Of a stretch of 64,000 bases of DNA, positions 37,111 through 46,033 are shown in pieces. The position numbers were made by a program, and so were the translations under genes. The notes beneath the pieces were generated by a model that saw nothing but the letters and a program-made list of their open reading frames with translations, ran no database searches and was not told the origin of the DNA. Numbering within the stretch: position 1 is the first letter of the stretch; every line of letters starts with the position of its first letter. The stretch spans positions 47,987 through 111,986 of the forward strand of contig SVRW01000002.1 of NCBI GenBank assembly GCA_015064625.1, written 5' to 3'. This stretch comes from Oscillospiraceae bacterium. Its GTDB lineage: Bacteria > Bacillota > Clostridia > Oscillospirales > CAG-382.

Positions 37111-37602
37111 TTATAAATCTAATATTTCAGAGAGCTTCTGTCTCCCACGGTAAAACGTAACTCTTGCCCAGCTTTCACTTTTTCCAAAGGTTTCGCTTAT
37201 TTCTTTCATAGTCATATTTCCCATAACGTGAAGAATGAAAACTTCTTTGTAAGGTTCTTCAAGATGACTTAAAGCGTCGTAAAGATCATTTGAAAGCTCT
37301 TTTTGCAAAAACTCGTTTTCAGGATCGGTGAGAGACTTGAGATTTTGGCTTCCTTCGAGATTTTCAAGGGAATATAGGTTTTTATTTTGGTTGTACCAAG
37401 AAAAATAACAGTTTTTTGCAATCTGGCACAACCAAACGGATGCAGCGTTTTCACTTCTCAAATTTGATATATTCATATATGCACGAAAAAAGGTTTCCTG
37501 CGTGAGCTCTTCCGCAAGGCTTTCGTCTTTGCATATTTTCATAAGAAATTTGAATATAAAAACCTGCTTTTCCTTATATAGCTTTTCAAAGTCTGCCATT
37601 TC
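37111..37602 (-). CDS. ECF-type RNA polymerase sigma-70 family factor
   Basis: Region 2 is LAEELTQETFFRAY. Region 4 HTH is MTMKEISETFGKSESWARVTFYRGRQKL. ATG 37602 is preferred; the ORF opens at 37623. Confidence 0.8.
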   Translation of the reverse strand, partial: EMADFEKLYKEKQVFIFKFLMKICKDESLAEELTQETFFRAYMNISNLRSENAASVWLCQIAKNCYFSWYNQNKNLYSLENLEGSQNLKSLTDPENEFLQKELSNDLYDALSHLEEPYKEVFILHVMGNMTMKEISETFGKSESWARVTFYRGRQKLSEILDL

Positions 37603-37694
37603 CTCACCGCCCTTTCTGTCCATTAGATAATAAAAAAGCTGAAACGTTACAAAATAAATTTAAAAGCGGAGAAAAATCTCCGCTTGTATGAGAA

Positions 37695-38492
37695 TTATTG
37701 CATTTTACTTAATAGCTCTTGAGCTTCAATAACACGGTGAAGGCTTTTCCCACGATTTTCGACTAAGGATAAATAAAGCTTTGCTTTTTCATAATCTCCC
37801 AGTTCAAAATACGCCTTTCCGCATATGAAGTCCATTTCAACGTCAGCTTTGGGCGTTTTTTGTTCAAGAGCTGAATAATGGCGTAAAACGTGGAAAAGTC
37901 CGTTTGTATCGTTACGGATAATACATTTGTTTGCGTTTGTAAAGAGCAAAAATGATTCATAGTTATTTATCAAATTTTGATTTTTAAACGTTGAGATATG
38001 CTGGTCAAGCTTTTGACTCCAAATTTCTGCTTGAGGATAAAGATTCAAGAGGATGCATATATCTGTAAGATTATTATAATATATTATCTTTGTTGAGGGG
38101 AGTGTTGAGGAAAATTTATCTATGTTAATGTTGGATAAAATAGAGTAAGCTTTTTCGTATTCCCCCAATTCCCTTAAAGCAACGCTGTAGTTCAATAAAA
38201 CGATAGTGTTATACTTCTCGGGCAAATCAAACGAAAGTATCTCTTCGCTTAGCTTTAACAGAGGATATGGGTCACAGTTATCGAGCTTCTTAGCGGCTGA
38301 TATAGTTAGCCTTTGAGATGCTCCCATAACCCAAACGTAAGATATCCAATACCATATAAGAAAAAGAATTGCAAAAGTTACATACGTTTTCCAAAGCAAA
38401 AAAACGAATGAAAAAATAAAGCTCATAAAAAGAGGTATTATAATTCGTGCCAATTTCCAATTTTTGCACATCCATAAATCTGCCTTTGTCAT
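37695..38492 (-). CDS. Membrane protein with a TPR-like C-terminal domain
   Basis: Two N-terminal TM helices, then repeated LGEYEKA / LGDYEKA TPR-like motifs. Confidence 0.55.
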   Translation of the reverse strand: MTKADLWMCKNWKLARIIIPLFMSFIFSFVFLLWKTYVTFAILFLIWYWISYVWVMGASQRLTISAAKKLDNCDPYPLLKLSEEILSFDLPEKYNTIVLLNYSVALRELGEYEKAYSILSNINIDKFSSTLPSTKIIYYNNLTDICILLNLYPQAEIWSQKLDQHISTFKNQNLINNYESFLLFTNANKCIIRNDTNGLFHVLRHYSALEQKTPKADVEMDFICGKAYFELGDYEKAKLYLSLVENRGKSLHRVIEAQELLSKMQ

Positions 38493-38551
38493 AAACTTCG
38501 CTCCTTTGGATTTTAAAATGTTGCATTGACATTTGTTTATAACTGTATTCG

Positions 38552-38580
38552 ATTATATCACTCTTTTGTATGAAAATCAA
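38552..38580 (-). promoter_or_regulatory. Sigma-A promoter with extended -10 for the TPR/ECF operon
   Basis: Minus strand: TTGATT (38580-38575), 17-bp spacer, TGATATAAT (38560-38552). Confidence 0.6.
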
Positions 38581-38609
38581 GGGGAGAAAGCTCAATTGAA
38601 ATGAAACAC

Positions 38610-38804
38610 TGCCGAAGTCGGATTCGCGGGCTCGGTCAGGGTCGGCTCTGACTTGCCCCCGGCAAGTCATTCACTACCGACACTTCGAATCCTTTCAAAT
38701 ATTTGCCGAAGTCGGATTCGCTCTCGCCTGCGGGCTCGGTCAGGGGGCGGAAAAAGTGTCCACTGGACACTTTTTTAACACGCACCCGTTCGAATCCTTT
38801 CAAA
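38610..38804. repeat. Two tandem diverged ~95-bp units containing tRNA 3'-end-like modules
   Basis: Shared modules are TGCCGAAGTCGGATTCGC (38610-38627 and 38704-38721), GGGCTCGGTCAGGG (38628-38641 and 38732-38745), and TTCGAATCCTTTCAAA (38684-38699 and 38789-38804). Confidence 0.75.
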
Positions 38805-38807
38805 AGC

Positions 38808-38844
38808 AAAATAAAACAGACACCATACGGTGTCTGTTTTATTT
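38808..38844 (-). terminator. Terminator hairpin directly after tRNA-Gln
   Basis: AAAATAAAACAGACACC, loop ATAC, then GGTGTCTGTTTTATTTT (17-bp stem). Confidence 0.75.
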
Positions 38845-38918
38845 TGGCTGCCGAAGAAGGATTCGAACCCTCACATACAGAGTCAGAGTCTGCTGTGCTA
38901 CCATTACACAATTCGGCA
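38845..38918 (-). tRNA. tRNA-Gln (anticodon CUG)
   Basis: Minus strand: TGCCGAA-TT-GTGT-AATGGTA-GCAC-A-GCAGA-CTCTGAC-TCTGT-ATGT-GAGGG-TTCGAAT-CCTTC-TTCGGCA-G-CCA. It folds as a cloverleaf with an encoded CCA. Confidence 0.85.
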
Positions 38919-39199
38919 ACGAACATATTCGTTTGTTTGCGAGAGAAATTATAGCACATGAAATTGTGTTTGTCAATAGTTTTTTTGAAAAAAGCTGAAA
39001 AATTCAAAAAAAGATTTTTTTGTAAAATAGAACAACTGTGTATAATAATTGATATTGATGAGAAAACTCAAAAAGACGTAACTTGTCTTGGATTTTTCAA
39101 ACAGGGTTTTATTTCCCGATTGAATATTGTTGGAATAGTTTGTCGAGATAGGGCAAAAATATATTTAACAATAATGGCGAAATAAAGGAGGTTTACCTT

Positions 39200-40465
39200 A
39201 TGAAAATTAGCAAAATATTATCTCTTGTTCTCGCATTGGTTTTGTTTGTTTCTTGTCTGACGTCTTGCGGAAGAAATGAAGAAAATTCTACAGCTTCAAA
39301 TGTATCTTCCGGCGGTTCTTCAAACGACCTTTCGGGAACTTACAACGTTACTTTGTGGGTTTCTGAAAAAGAGGGTGTTGCGGACTTAACTAAAAAGCAG
39401 ATATCCGAGTTTATGAAAGCGAACCCTGGAATCGTTATAAACGCATCTGTTGAGGGCGTGGCAGAAGGTGATGCGGCATCTAAAATTGTTGCAGACGTTT
39501 CATCAGCTCCTGATATTTATTGCTTTGCACAGGATCAGCTTGCAAGACTCGTTCAGGCGGCAGCTCTTGTAGCTCCAGGGGTTAAAACACAGGAATATAT
39601 AAGAGAAAACAATGATGAAGGCTCTGTTTCAGCCGCAACCGTTGGGAATAAAATATGGGCGTATCCGTTGACAAGCGATAACGGATATTATATGTATTAC
39701 GACAAAAGCATAATTTCCGAAGAAGATGCGGAAAGTATGGAAAAGCTTATAGAGGCTTGCGAAAAAAATAACAAAAAATTCCGTTTTGCTCTTGAAAACG
39801 CATGGTATACCGCTTCTTTCTTCTTTGCTACGGGATGTAAATCCAACTGGACTTTGAATGATGCTGGGGGATTTGTTTCCGTTGACGATACCTTTAATTC
39901 TCCCGAAGGGCTTATTGCGATGAAGGGAATGCAAAAGCTTGCAAAATCAAGCGCATATGACAGTGATGCGGATAACTTTATAGACGCGGGTGTTATCATT
40001 ACAGGCATATGGAACGCAAAAGCGGCAGAGAATCATTTTGGGAAAAACATGGGGGCTACTGATTTACCTTCTTTTGAAATTGATGGTAAATCATATCATT
40101 TAGGCTCTTTTGCAGGGTATAAGCTTATGGGAGTTAAACCTCAGAACGATGGTAAAAAAGCGGCAGTTCTCTCACTTCTTGCACAGTATCTTACAAACGA
40201 GGAATGTCAATCCCAGAGAGCGCAGAGCTTTGAGTGGGGACCCACTAATAAAAAAGCTCAATCTTCAAGCGAGGTCTTGGAAAACGTTTCTCTTGTAGCG
40301 TTAAAAAAGCAGCGTGAGCATAGTGTCCTTCAGGGTCAGATTCACGGTTCTTGGTGGGATATTGCAAGAGTTTTGGGCGCGGATGCAAAAGCCGCAAAGA
40401 GCGACGAAGAACTTCAGAAAGCTCTTGAAAACTATAAAAAAGCCGTTTACGGATTGATCAAATAA
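39200..40465 (+). CDS. Carbohydrate ABC transporter substrate-binding lipoprotein (CUT1 family)
   Basis: Lipobox LVLFVSCLTS-C-G. Size and composition fit a family 1 SBP. AAGGAGG RBS. Confidence 0.8.
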   Translation: MKISKILSLVLALVLFVSCLTSCGRNEENSTASNVSSGGSSNDLSGTYNVTLWVSEKEGVADLTKKQISEFMKANPGIVINASVEGVAEGDAASKIVADVSSAPDIYCFAQDQLARLVQAAALVAPGVKTQEYIRENNDEGSVSAATVGNKIWAYPLTSDNGYYMYYDKSIISEEDAESMEKLIEACEKNNKKFRFALENAWYTASFFFATGCKSNWTLNDAGGFVSVDDTFNSPEGLIAMKGMQKLAKSSAYDSDADNFIDAGVIITGIWNAKAAENHFGKNMGATDLPSFEIDGKSYHLGSFAGYKLMGVKPQNDGKKAAVLSLLAQYLTNEECQSQRAQSFEWGPTNKKAQSSSEVLENVSLVALKKQREHSVLQGQIHGSWWDIARVLGADAKAAKSDEELQKALENYKKAVYGLIK

Positions 40466-40534
40466 TAAACTGCTGACTTTCACGGAAAAGCGAAAAAGTT
40501 CAGAGTCATATTAAAAAAAGAGGTAGTTTTTTCA

Positions 40535-42100
40535 ATGAAACAATTGACTGATTTGGAATATTTAAAGCTTAATAGAAATCAGGCTTTTTGGTATAAGCTG
40601 AAACTGTTCTTTTTCGCTGTTCCACAACTGTTTTTGTCTTTTGGGAAAAGTATTTTGCTGTTTTTCAAAAAAATAGGACTTTATTTTAAGGATGAAACAA
40701 AAGACCTTATTTATACATTTTCAAAGGGGAATTTTGCCGTAAAGCTTTCTTTTTTTGTTTTTGGATTCGGAAGCTTTTTTTATGGGCAGATAATGAGAGG
40801 TATTCTTTTTCTGCTTTTTGAGGTTGTTTTCTTCACATATATGCTTTTGCCAAGCGGTGGAATATACTGGCTGTCAAAATGTAATTGGTTTCAGACGGGA
40901 AAAACTGTTGGGAACGTTCATGGAAGATACGAATACGACCCTTTGTACGATACTGAAGTATGGGTGTCAGGGGATGATTCCGTCAAGGTTTTATTGTACG
41001 GTCTGCTTTCTGTTATTTTTATTATCGCATTTATTTATACGTGGCGGCTTCAGATCAAACAATGCCGTATTTGTATGGAAATAACCGAAAGCGGTAAAAA
41101 GGTGAAATCGGGTAAAGATGATTTGAAATCTCTTCTTGATGATCAGTTTCATAAAACCCTTTTATCTCTTCCCCTTGCTGGTATACTCATTTTTACAGTT
41201 CTGCCCATTATTTATATGGTTCTTATAGCATTTACAAGCTACGATGCTAACCACGACGGTTATTCAAACCTGTTCAGTTGGGTAGGGCTGGAGCATTTTA
41301 ATCAGCTTTTCAATTTTGGAAAAGGCGGAGTGGGTCTTGCCTTCGGTGAGATTCTTTCCTGGACGCTTATGTGGGCATTTTTCGCAACGTTTACCAACTA
41401 TTTCCTTGGAATGTTTGTTGCGATTATGATAAACAAAAAAGGAATCAAGTTTAAAAAAGTATGGAGAACTGTTCTTGTTTTGACTATCGCTATTCCGCAG
41501 TTCGTGTCTTTGCTTTACGTTTCAAGACTTTTCAATTCAACGGGTATTATAGGAAAAATGCTTATTGAATGGGGAATGCTTCCCGATTCGCTCCTTGAAA
41601 CCAAAAGATCTCTTTGGGAAAATCCAACAACGGCAAAAATACTTCTCGTTCTCGTCAATGTCTGGATAGGTATTCCCCATATGATGCTTATGGCAACTGG
41701 AATTTTGATGAATATTCCTGATGATTTGTATGAATCTTCGAAAATAGACGGAGCAAACGTATTCAAACAGTATACGAAAATAACGTTACCATATATGATT
41801 TTTGTAACAGGACCTTATCTGCTTACCAGCTTTGTAGGCAATCTCAATAACTTCAACGTTATTTATCTGCTTACCAACGGAAACCCGCTTAATACAGACG
41901 TAGGTACAGCGGGTGGCGTTTCCGTGGGACATACGGATCTGCTCATAACGTGGCTTCACCGAATGACTCTCGGAAGCTCTGATACTCAGTATTATATGGC
42001 ATCTGTCGTGGGTATAATGGTGTTTTTAGTTGTTGCTGTCCTTTCTCTTATTATTTACAATGTAATCCCATCAACCAAGAATGAGGAGGATTACAGATGA
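40535..42100 (+). CDS. Carbohydrate ABC transporter permease (MalF-like, N-terminally extended)
   Basis: EAA-loop region ESSKIDGANVFKQYTKITLP. Multiple TM helices. Confidence 0.8.
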   Translation: MKQLTDLEYLKLNRNQAFWYKLKLFFFAVPQLFLSFGKSILLFFKKIGLYFKDETKDLIYTFSKGNFAVKLSFFVFGFGSFFYGQIMRGILFLLFEVVFFTYMLLPSGGIYWLSKCNWFQTGKTVGNVHGRYEYDPLYDTEVWVSGDDSVKVLLYGLLSVIFIIAFIYTWRLQIKQCRICMEITESGKKVKSGKDDLKSLLDDQFHKTLLSLPLAGILIFTVLPIIYMVLIAFTSYDANHDGYSNLFSWVGLEHFNQLFNFGKGGVGLAFGEILSWTLMWAFFATFTNYFLGMFVAIMINKKGIKFKKVWRTVLVLTIAIPQFVSLLYVSRLFNSTGIIGKMLIEWGMLPDSLLETKRSLWENPTTAKILLVLVNVWIGIPHMMLMATGILMNIPDDLYESSKIDGANVFKQYTKITLPYMIFVTGPYLLTSFVGNLNNFNVIYLLTNGNPLNTDVGTAGGVSVGHTDLLITWLHRMTLGSSDTQYYMASVVGIMVFLVVAVLSLIIYNVIPSTKNEEDYR

Positions 42101-42957
42101 TGCAAAAAAGACTTGGCGCAAAAGCAAGCAGAAGGCTTGGAAACACCGTTATTTATTTAATTCTTGTGGTTATGACTGTTGTATGGCTTTTTCCCTTTTT
42201 TGGAATACTTCTTGAATCCTTCAGGGTTGAAAGTCCAATGCAACAGGGATATCTCATTCCGAAGAAGTTTGGCTTTGATAACTATATAAAGCTTTTTAAC
42301 GAAACGGATTTCCCGAAATGGTTTTTAAATACGGGTTTTATGGGTGTTGCTACTGCCTTTTTGCAAACGTTTTTTATCCTTTCCATGAGTTACACGTTGT
42401 CAAGACTTCGTTTCAGGGGAAGAAAGCTTCTTATGAATTTTATGCTCATTCTTGGAATGTTCCCCGGTTTTCTGACAATGATTCTTATATATAAGGTGTT
42501 TCACGATATAGGACTTACTATGAGCAGAGCTCCTCTTGGGCTGATTATAGTTTATAGTGCAAGTAGTGCTATGGGGTATTACGTTTCAAAGGGCTTTTTT
42601 GATACAATACCTAAAAGTCTTGACGAGGCGGCAAGAGTTGACGGAGCAACGCGCTGGCAAGTGTTTTACAAGGTGATAATGCCCCTTTCAAAGCCTATAA
42701 TTATATATACCGTTCTTATGGGCTTTATGGCTCCTTGGGGAGAGTTTATGCTTTCTTCATATCTCATCCACGAAAACAGCGATGGAATGAGCGTTGCCGT
42801 CGGTATGTATGAATGGCTTTCAAGAACCAATATGAATACGCATTATACAATGTTCTGCTCTGCGGGGGTAGTCGTTGCTATTCCTGTAACTACCGTTTTT
42901 TTGCTGTTACAAAGGTATTATGTTGAAGGCGTTACGGGCGGTGCGGTAAAAGGATAA
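42097..42957 (+). CDS. Carbohydrate ABC transporter permease (MalG-like)
   Basis: EAA loop DEAARVDGATRWQVFYKVIMPLSKP. Overlaps the upstream gene by 4 nt. Confidence 0.85.
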   Translation: MMQKRLGAKASRRLGNTVIYLILVVMTVVWLFPFFGILLESFRVESPMQQGYLIPKKFGFDNYIKLFNETDFPKWFLNTGFMGVATAFLQTFFILSMSYTLSRLRFRGRKLLMNFMLILGMFPGFLTMILIYKVFHDIGLTMSRAPLGLIIVYSASSAMGYYVSKGFFDTIPKSLDEAARVDGATRWQVFYKVIMPLSKPIIIYTVLMGFMAPWGEFMLSSYLIHENSDGMSVAVGMYEWLSRTNMNTHYTMFCSAGVVVAIPVTTVFLLLQRYYVEGVTGGAVKG

Positions 42958-42967
42958 AGGAGAAAAA

Positions 42968-44092
42968 ATGGCTCGAGTAAAATTGACTGACGTTAAGAAG
43001 GTGTATGGGAAGGATACCGTTGCGGTAAGCGATTTCAATCTTGATATTGCGGATAAGGAATTTATAGTTTTCGTCGGGCCGTCTGGGTGCGGAAAATCCA
43101 CAACTCTGCGTATGATTGCGGGACTTGAAGAAATTTCAGGCGGTACTGTTGAAATTGACGGTGTTGTCGTGAACGATTTGCAACCTCGTGACCGTGATAT
43201 TGCAATGGTTTTTCAGAATTATGCTCTTTATCCTCACCTTACTGTTTTTGAAAATATGGCTTTCAGTCTCAGACTCAAAAAAATTCCTCAAAAAATAGTT
43301 TACGAAAAGGTGACGCAGGCGGCTGAAATACTGGGAATTACCGAATATCTGACGAGAAAGCCTCGTGCTTTGTCGGGAGGACAGCGACAGCGTGTTGCAA
43401 TTGGGCGTGCTATGGTACGTGACAGTAAAATATTCCTTATGGACGAACCTCTCTCGAATCTTGATGCAAAATTGAGGAATCAGATGAGAGCGGAAATAAT
43501 TCTTCTTCGTCAGAAAATAAATACAACGTTTATATACGTTACCCATGACCAGACCGAAGCCATGACTTTGGGTGACCGTATAGTTATTATGAAGGACGGA
43601 TTTATTCAACAAGTTGGGACGCCTACCGAGGTTTTTGAAATGCCTGTAAACGTTTTCGTTGCGGAATTTATCGGTGCGCCTAAAATGAATATTTTCAAAA
43701 CGGATTTGGTTTTGGAAAACGGAAAGTATTACGTTACCCCTTTCGGTGCTAAAATCCAAATAACGGGAAAAAAGGGTGAGATGCTTAAAGAAAAAGGGGT
43801 GGAATCAAGAAAAATTCTCCTCGGTGTTCGTCCTGAACATTTTATCCTTTCAAACGAACATGATAAAAAGGCAATACCTTGTAAAATATCGGTAAACGAA
43901 ATGATGGGAAGCGAGCTTCATATTCACGGTGTTGAGCCTGACGGGGAAAGTATAGTAGTACGTATTCCAACAATAACTCTTGAGGATGATAGACGTAAAA
44001 CGCTGACTATGGGAAACACTATTTACGTTACCTTCGAAAGTAAGGTAATGCATCTTTTTGATGATGATACTGAAAGAAATATTCTGCTTTAA
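42968..44092 (+). CDS. Sugar ABC transporter ATP-binding protein (MsmX/MalK/UgpC type)
   Basis: Walker A GPSGCGKST, signature LSGGQRQR, Walker B IFLMDEPLS, and a C-terminal TOBE-like domain. Confidence 0.9.
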   Translation: MARVKLTDVKKVYGKDTVAVSDFNLDIADKEFIVFVGPSGCGKSTTLRMIAGLEEISGGTVEIDGVVVNDLQPRDRDIAMVFQNYALYPHLTVFENMAFSLRLKKIPQKIVYEKVTQAAEILGITEYLTRKPRALSGGQRQRVAIGRAMVRDSKIFLMDEPLSNLDAKLRNQMRAEIILLRQKINTTFIYVTHDQTEAMTLGDRIVIMKDGFIQQVGTPTEVFEMPVNVFVAEFIGAPKMNIFKTDLVLENGKYYVTPFGAKIQITGKKGEMLKEKGVESRKILLGVRPEHFILSNEHDKKAIPCKISVNEMMGSELHIHGVEPDGESIVVRIPTITLEDDRRKTLTMGNTIYVTFESKVMHLFDDDTERNILL

Positions 44093-44140
44093 AAGTGGGT
44101 GCTGTTGCAGATGTGACAGCACCTTTGCGTTTGTGAAAAA
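44042..44140 (+). repeat. Left copy of the ~100-bp direct repeat (3' end of the ATPase gene plus its terminator)
   Basis: AAGGTAATGCATCTTTTTGA...GGTGCTGTTGCAGATGTGACAGCACCTTTGCGTTTGTGAAAAA matches 48616-48715 with about 8 substitutions. Confidence 0.85.
44098..44133 (+). terminator. Rho-independent terminator of the ABC transporter operon
   Basis: GGTGCTGT (44098-44105) pairs with ACAGCACC (44116-44123), followed by TTTGCGTTTG. Confidence 0.65.
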
Positions 44141-44340
44141 TGTTGACATTTCGTAAAATTCGTGGTAAAATACGCATGTTGAAGTTTTATCAGTCCAATA
44201 TCAGATTCACTTGAAAAACTGTTAATTAAACAATAAAATGATTCTTTTCCCATTTTGTTTTATTCTTATCCAAAAGTGGGAAATGCTTTTAATTTTGGAA
44301 AATATTGAAAAATTAATATTTATAAAAAGCAAAAAAGGTA

Positions 44341-44367
44341 TTGACACACAAAAAAATGTGATAAAAT
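44341..44367 (+). promoter_or_regulatory. Promoter-like element with extended -10 in the island
   Basis: TTGACA (44341-44346) and TGaTAAAAT (44359-44367). The spacer is short at 15 bp. Confidence 0.4.
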
Positions 44368-44435
44368 GGAAAAAGTGATAGCAATTGTACAATGTTGCAC
44401 GAAAAATTTATCAACAAATTGTCTTAGGAGGAAAA

Positions 44436-45218
44436 ATGAGACTAAAAAAAATATTAGCTACGTTGATTTTGGCGGTTACATTAGCATCTTCTTTTTGTTT
44501 GGGAGCAAACGCAACTGAAGTGACGAAATACGGAATAACTTATGATAATGCCGTTTATAATGCAAGGTTCTCTGTGGCGCGTGATTTGATTACAAGGAAC
44601 CCTTCAGACGGAATTGTATTGGGAATAATGACTTATCAAATTGGTCAATTGGAAAGCGAAACTAAGGTTTCGGGAAACACGAATGAACAGGTTATTGTTG
44701 TGAAAATGATTATGGAACCTCAAAAGAATTATAGTAAAAGCGTGTTCGGAGTGTCTGAATATCTTAGGTGTTCTATGTCATTGCCATCAACAAGTGTTAA
44801 TACTTGGCAACCAACTAACGATGCACCTACTGACAATTGGACATTTGGAATAGGGGCAGAATTTGGCAAAGGAAGTGGAGTTGCTGGAAATGTAAGTGTT
44901 TCTACAACAGTTGAAAGGGAGAGGTTGGATGTTGAAGCTGATGTCCGTCCGAGTTCTCGAAGAGCAATTTTCAATTATGATTATAAGCCATACAAGACGT
45001 TGAATTTTAGTAAAACAAAGAACAAGTATTTTAGAAATTCCAGTATTCAATATTGTGTGATAAGCGTGAACGCTAATAGCTATAATTCAATGTATTTTGA
45101 CTTTGGTGCCAATTTTACTTATTCTCGCGAACAGTACGCAAAACCTGGTCATGTTATTTTTGGTTCTCACCAAGGTACTACTACATACGAATGGACATTA
45201 TCGTCAAAGATACACTAA
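44436..45218 (+). CDS. Secreted protein of unknown function with a Gly-rich amphipathic central segment
   Basis: Signal peptide MRLKKILATLILAVTLASSFCLGANA. AGGAGG RBS. The central segment is WTFGIGAEFGKGSGVAGNVSVSTTVE. Confidence 0.65.
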   Translation: MRLKKILATLILAVTLASSFCLGANATEVTKYGITYDNAVYNARFSVARDLITRNPSDGIVLGIMTYQIGQLESETKVSGNTNEQVIVVKMIMEPQKNYSKSVFGVSEYLRCSMSLPSTSVNTWQPTNDAPTDNWTFGIGAEFGKGSGVAGNVSVSTTVERERLDVEADVRPSSRRAIFNYDYKPYKTLNFSKTKNKYFRNSSIQYCVISVNANSYNSMYFDFGANFTYSREQYAKPGHVIFGSHQGTTTYEWTLSSKIH

Positions 45219-45279
45219 AGGAAAGGTTGTTTTAAAAAACGTGCCTGGAAATCAGAAAGAGAACTAATGGAGGCTGGAT

Positions 45280-45907
45280 ATGAAATCAAAGTCAAAGAAT
45301 CTCAAAAAAATAATAGTTGTAATGATATCGATAGTAGTTGCGGTTGTATTGCTGTTTTTAGCTATTAAGTTTACGACATTGTCAACCTTGTTTTTTTCTA
45401 ATGATGAATATGTGTATGGCGATTCATATGATGAAGCCATCGACACGATGAATAATAAATTGCCTACGGATATATTTGTTATTGGCGAAGATATGCCATT
45501 CCGTGAAGGTGTGAACTATAAAAAAATAGATCATATTGACAATGAGACTTTGTCTGGGGAAAAAAAATTTTTCCGTTCTAATCATTAGCGATCTATCAGG
45601 CTCTTTGGCTATTAGTGAAGAAGAATATAAGTTTTTAAAAGAAAAAATAAAGGATTATAATTTTTATCTGTATTATTGTGGAACAGATAAGATAAATAAT
45701 CTTATTGATAACGAGGTGTTTGATGAAGGCATTTATATGAATGGGGATCTTTGCAGTGCGTTCGTTACGTTTGAAGGCGATAGAACAAGTTATGGCGGTA
45801 TATATACCGAGGAAATTAAAAAGATTGATGATAAATTCGGAAACGAGGAAGGGTTGAGTGAATTGCTGTTCACGAATTTGCTTAGATGCTATAAATCGAA
45901 CAATTAA
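45280..45907 (+). pseudogene. Membrane-anchored protein gene interrupted by a frameshift at an A8 tract
   Basis: ORF 45280-45588 and ORF 45536-45907 overlap in adjacent frames at A8T5 (45560-45572). Removing one A gives a continuous ~208-aa ORF. The second ORF has no RBS. Confidence 0.6.
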
Positions 45908-45958
45908 TAGTTAAAAAGGCATTAATCCGAACAATTAATAGTTTAAAAGGCAGTAATC
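45897..45958 (+). repeat. 31-bp tandem duplication (2 copies, 2 mismatches)
   Basis: CGAACAATTAATAGTTAAAAAGGCATTAATC and CGAACAATTAATAGTTTAAAAGGCAGTAATC. Copy 1 includes the stop codon of the preceding gene. Confidence 0.85.
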
Positions 45959-45976
45959 TAATTATTGCCTTTTTTC

Positions 45977-46004
45977 ATCGTTGTAATTGAATCGTTGTAA
46001 TTGA
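45977..46004 (+). repeat. 14-bp perfect tandem duplication
   Basis: ATCGTTGTAATTGA x2. Confidence 0.85.
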
Positions 46005-46033
46005 GAATAATATATTATTGGTTGGGTGAAAAA

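Noticed and set aside
38560-38845. Possibility that the repeat region is a tmRNA, SRP RNA or extra tRNA genes
   Set aside because: T-loop-like GTTCGAATCC and GGATTCG fragments are present, but no acceptor, D or anticodon stems can be drawn. GGTCAGGG is too short to call an SRP domain. It is kept only as a repeat finding.
38636-39007. 123-aa minus-strand ORF and overlapping plus-strand ORFs 38703-38998
   Set aside because: They run through the tRNA-Gln gene and the intergenic repeat units. The repeated ESDFG peptide is simply the translated repeat.
43136-43759. 207-aa minus-strand ORF, with similar ORFs at 57293-57868, 49765-50286 and 48799-49248
   Set aside because: They lie antisense within strongly supported genes (the ABC ATPase, the LRR protein, tadA and the FliB-like gene) and have no independent signals.
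45536-45907. Independent 123-aa gene
   Set aside because: It has only a TTG start, no RBS, and overlaps the upstream ORF at a homopolymer. It is better explained as the downstream half of a frameshifted gene.
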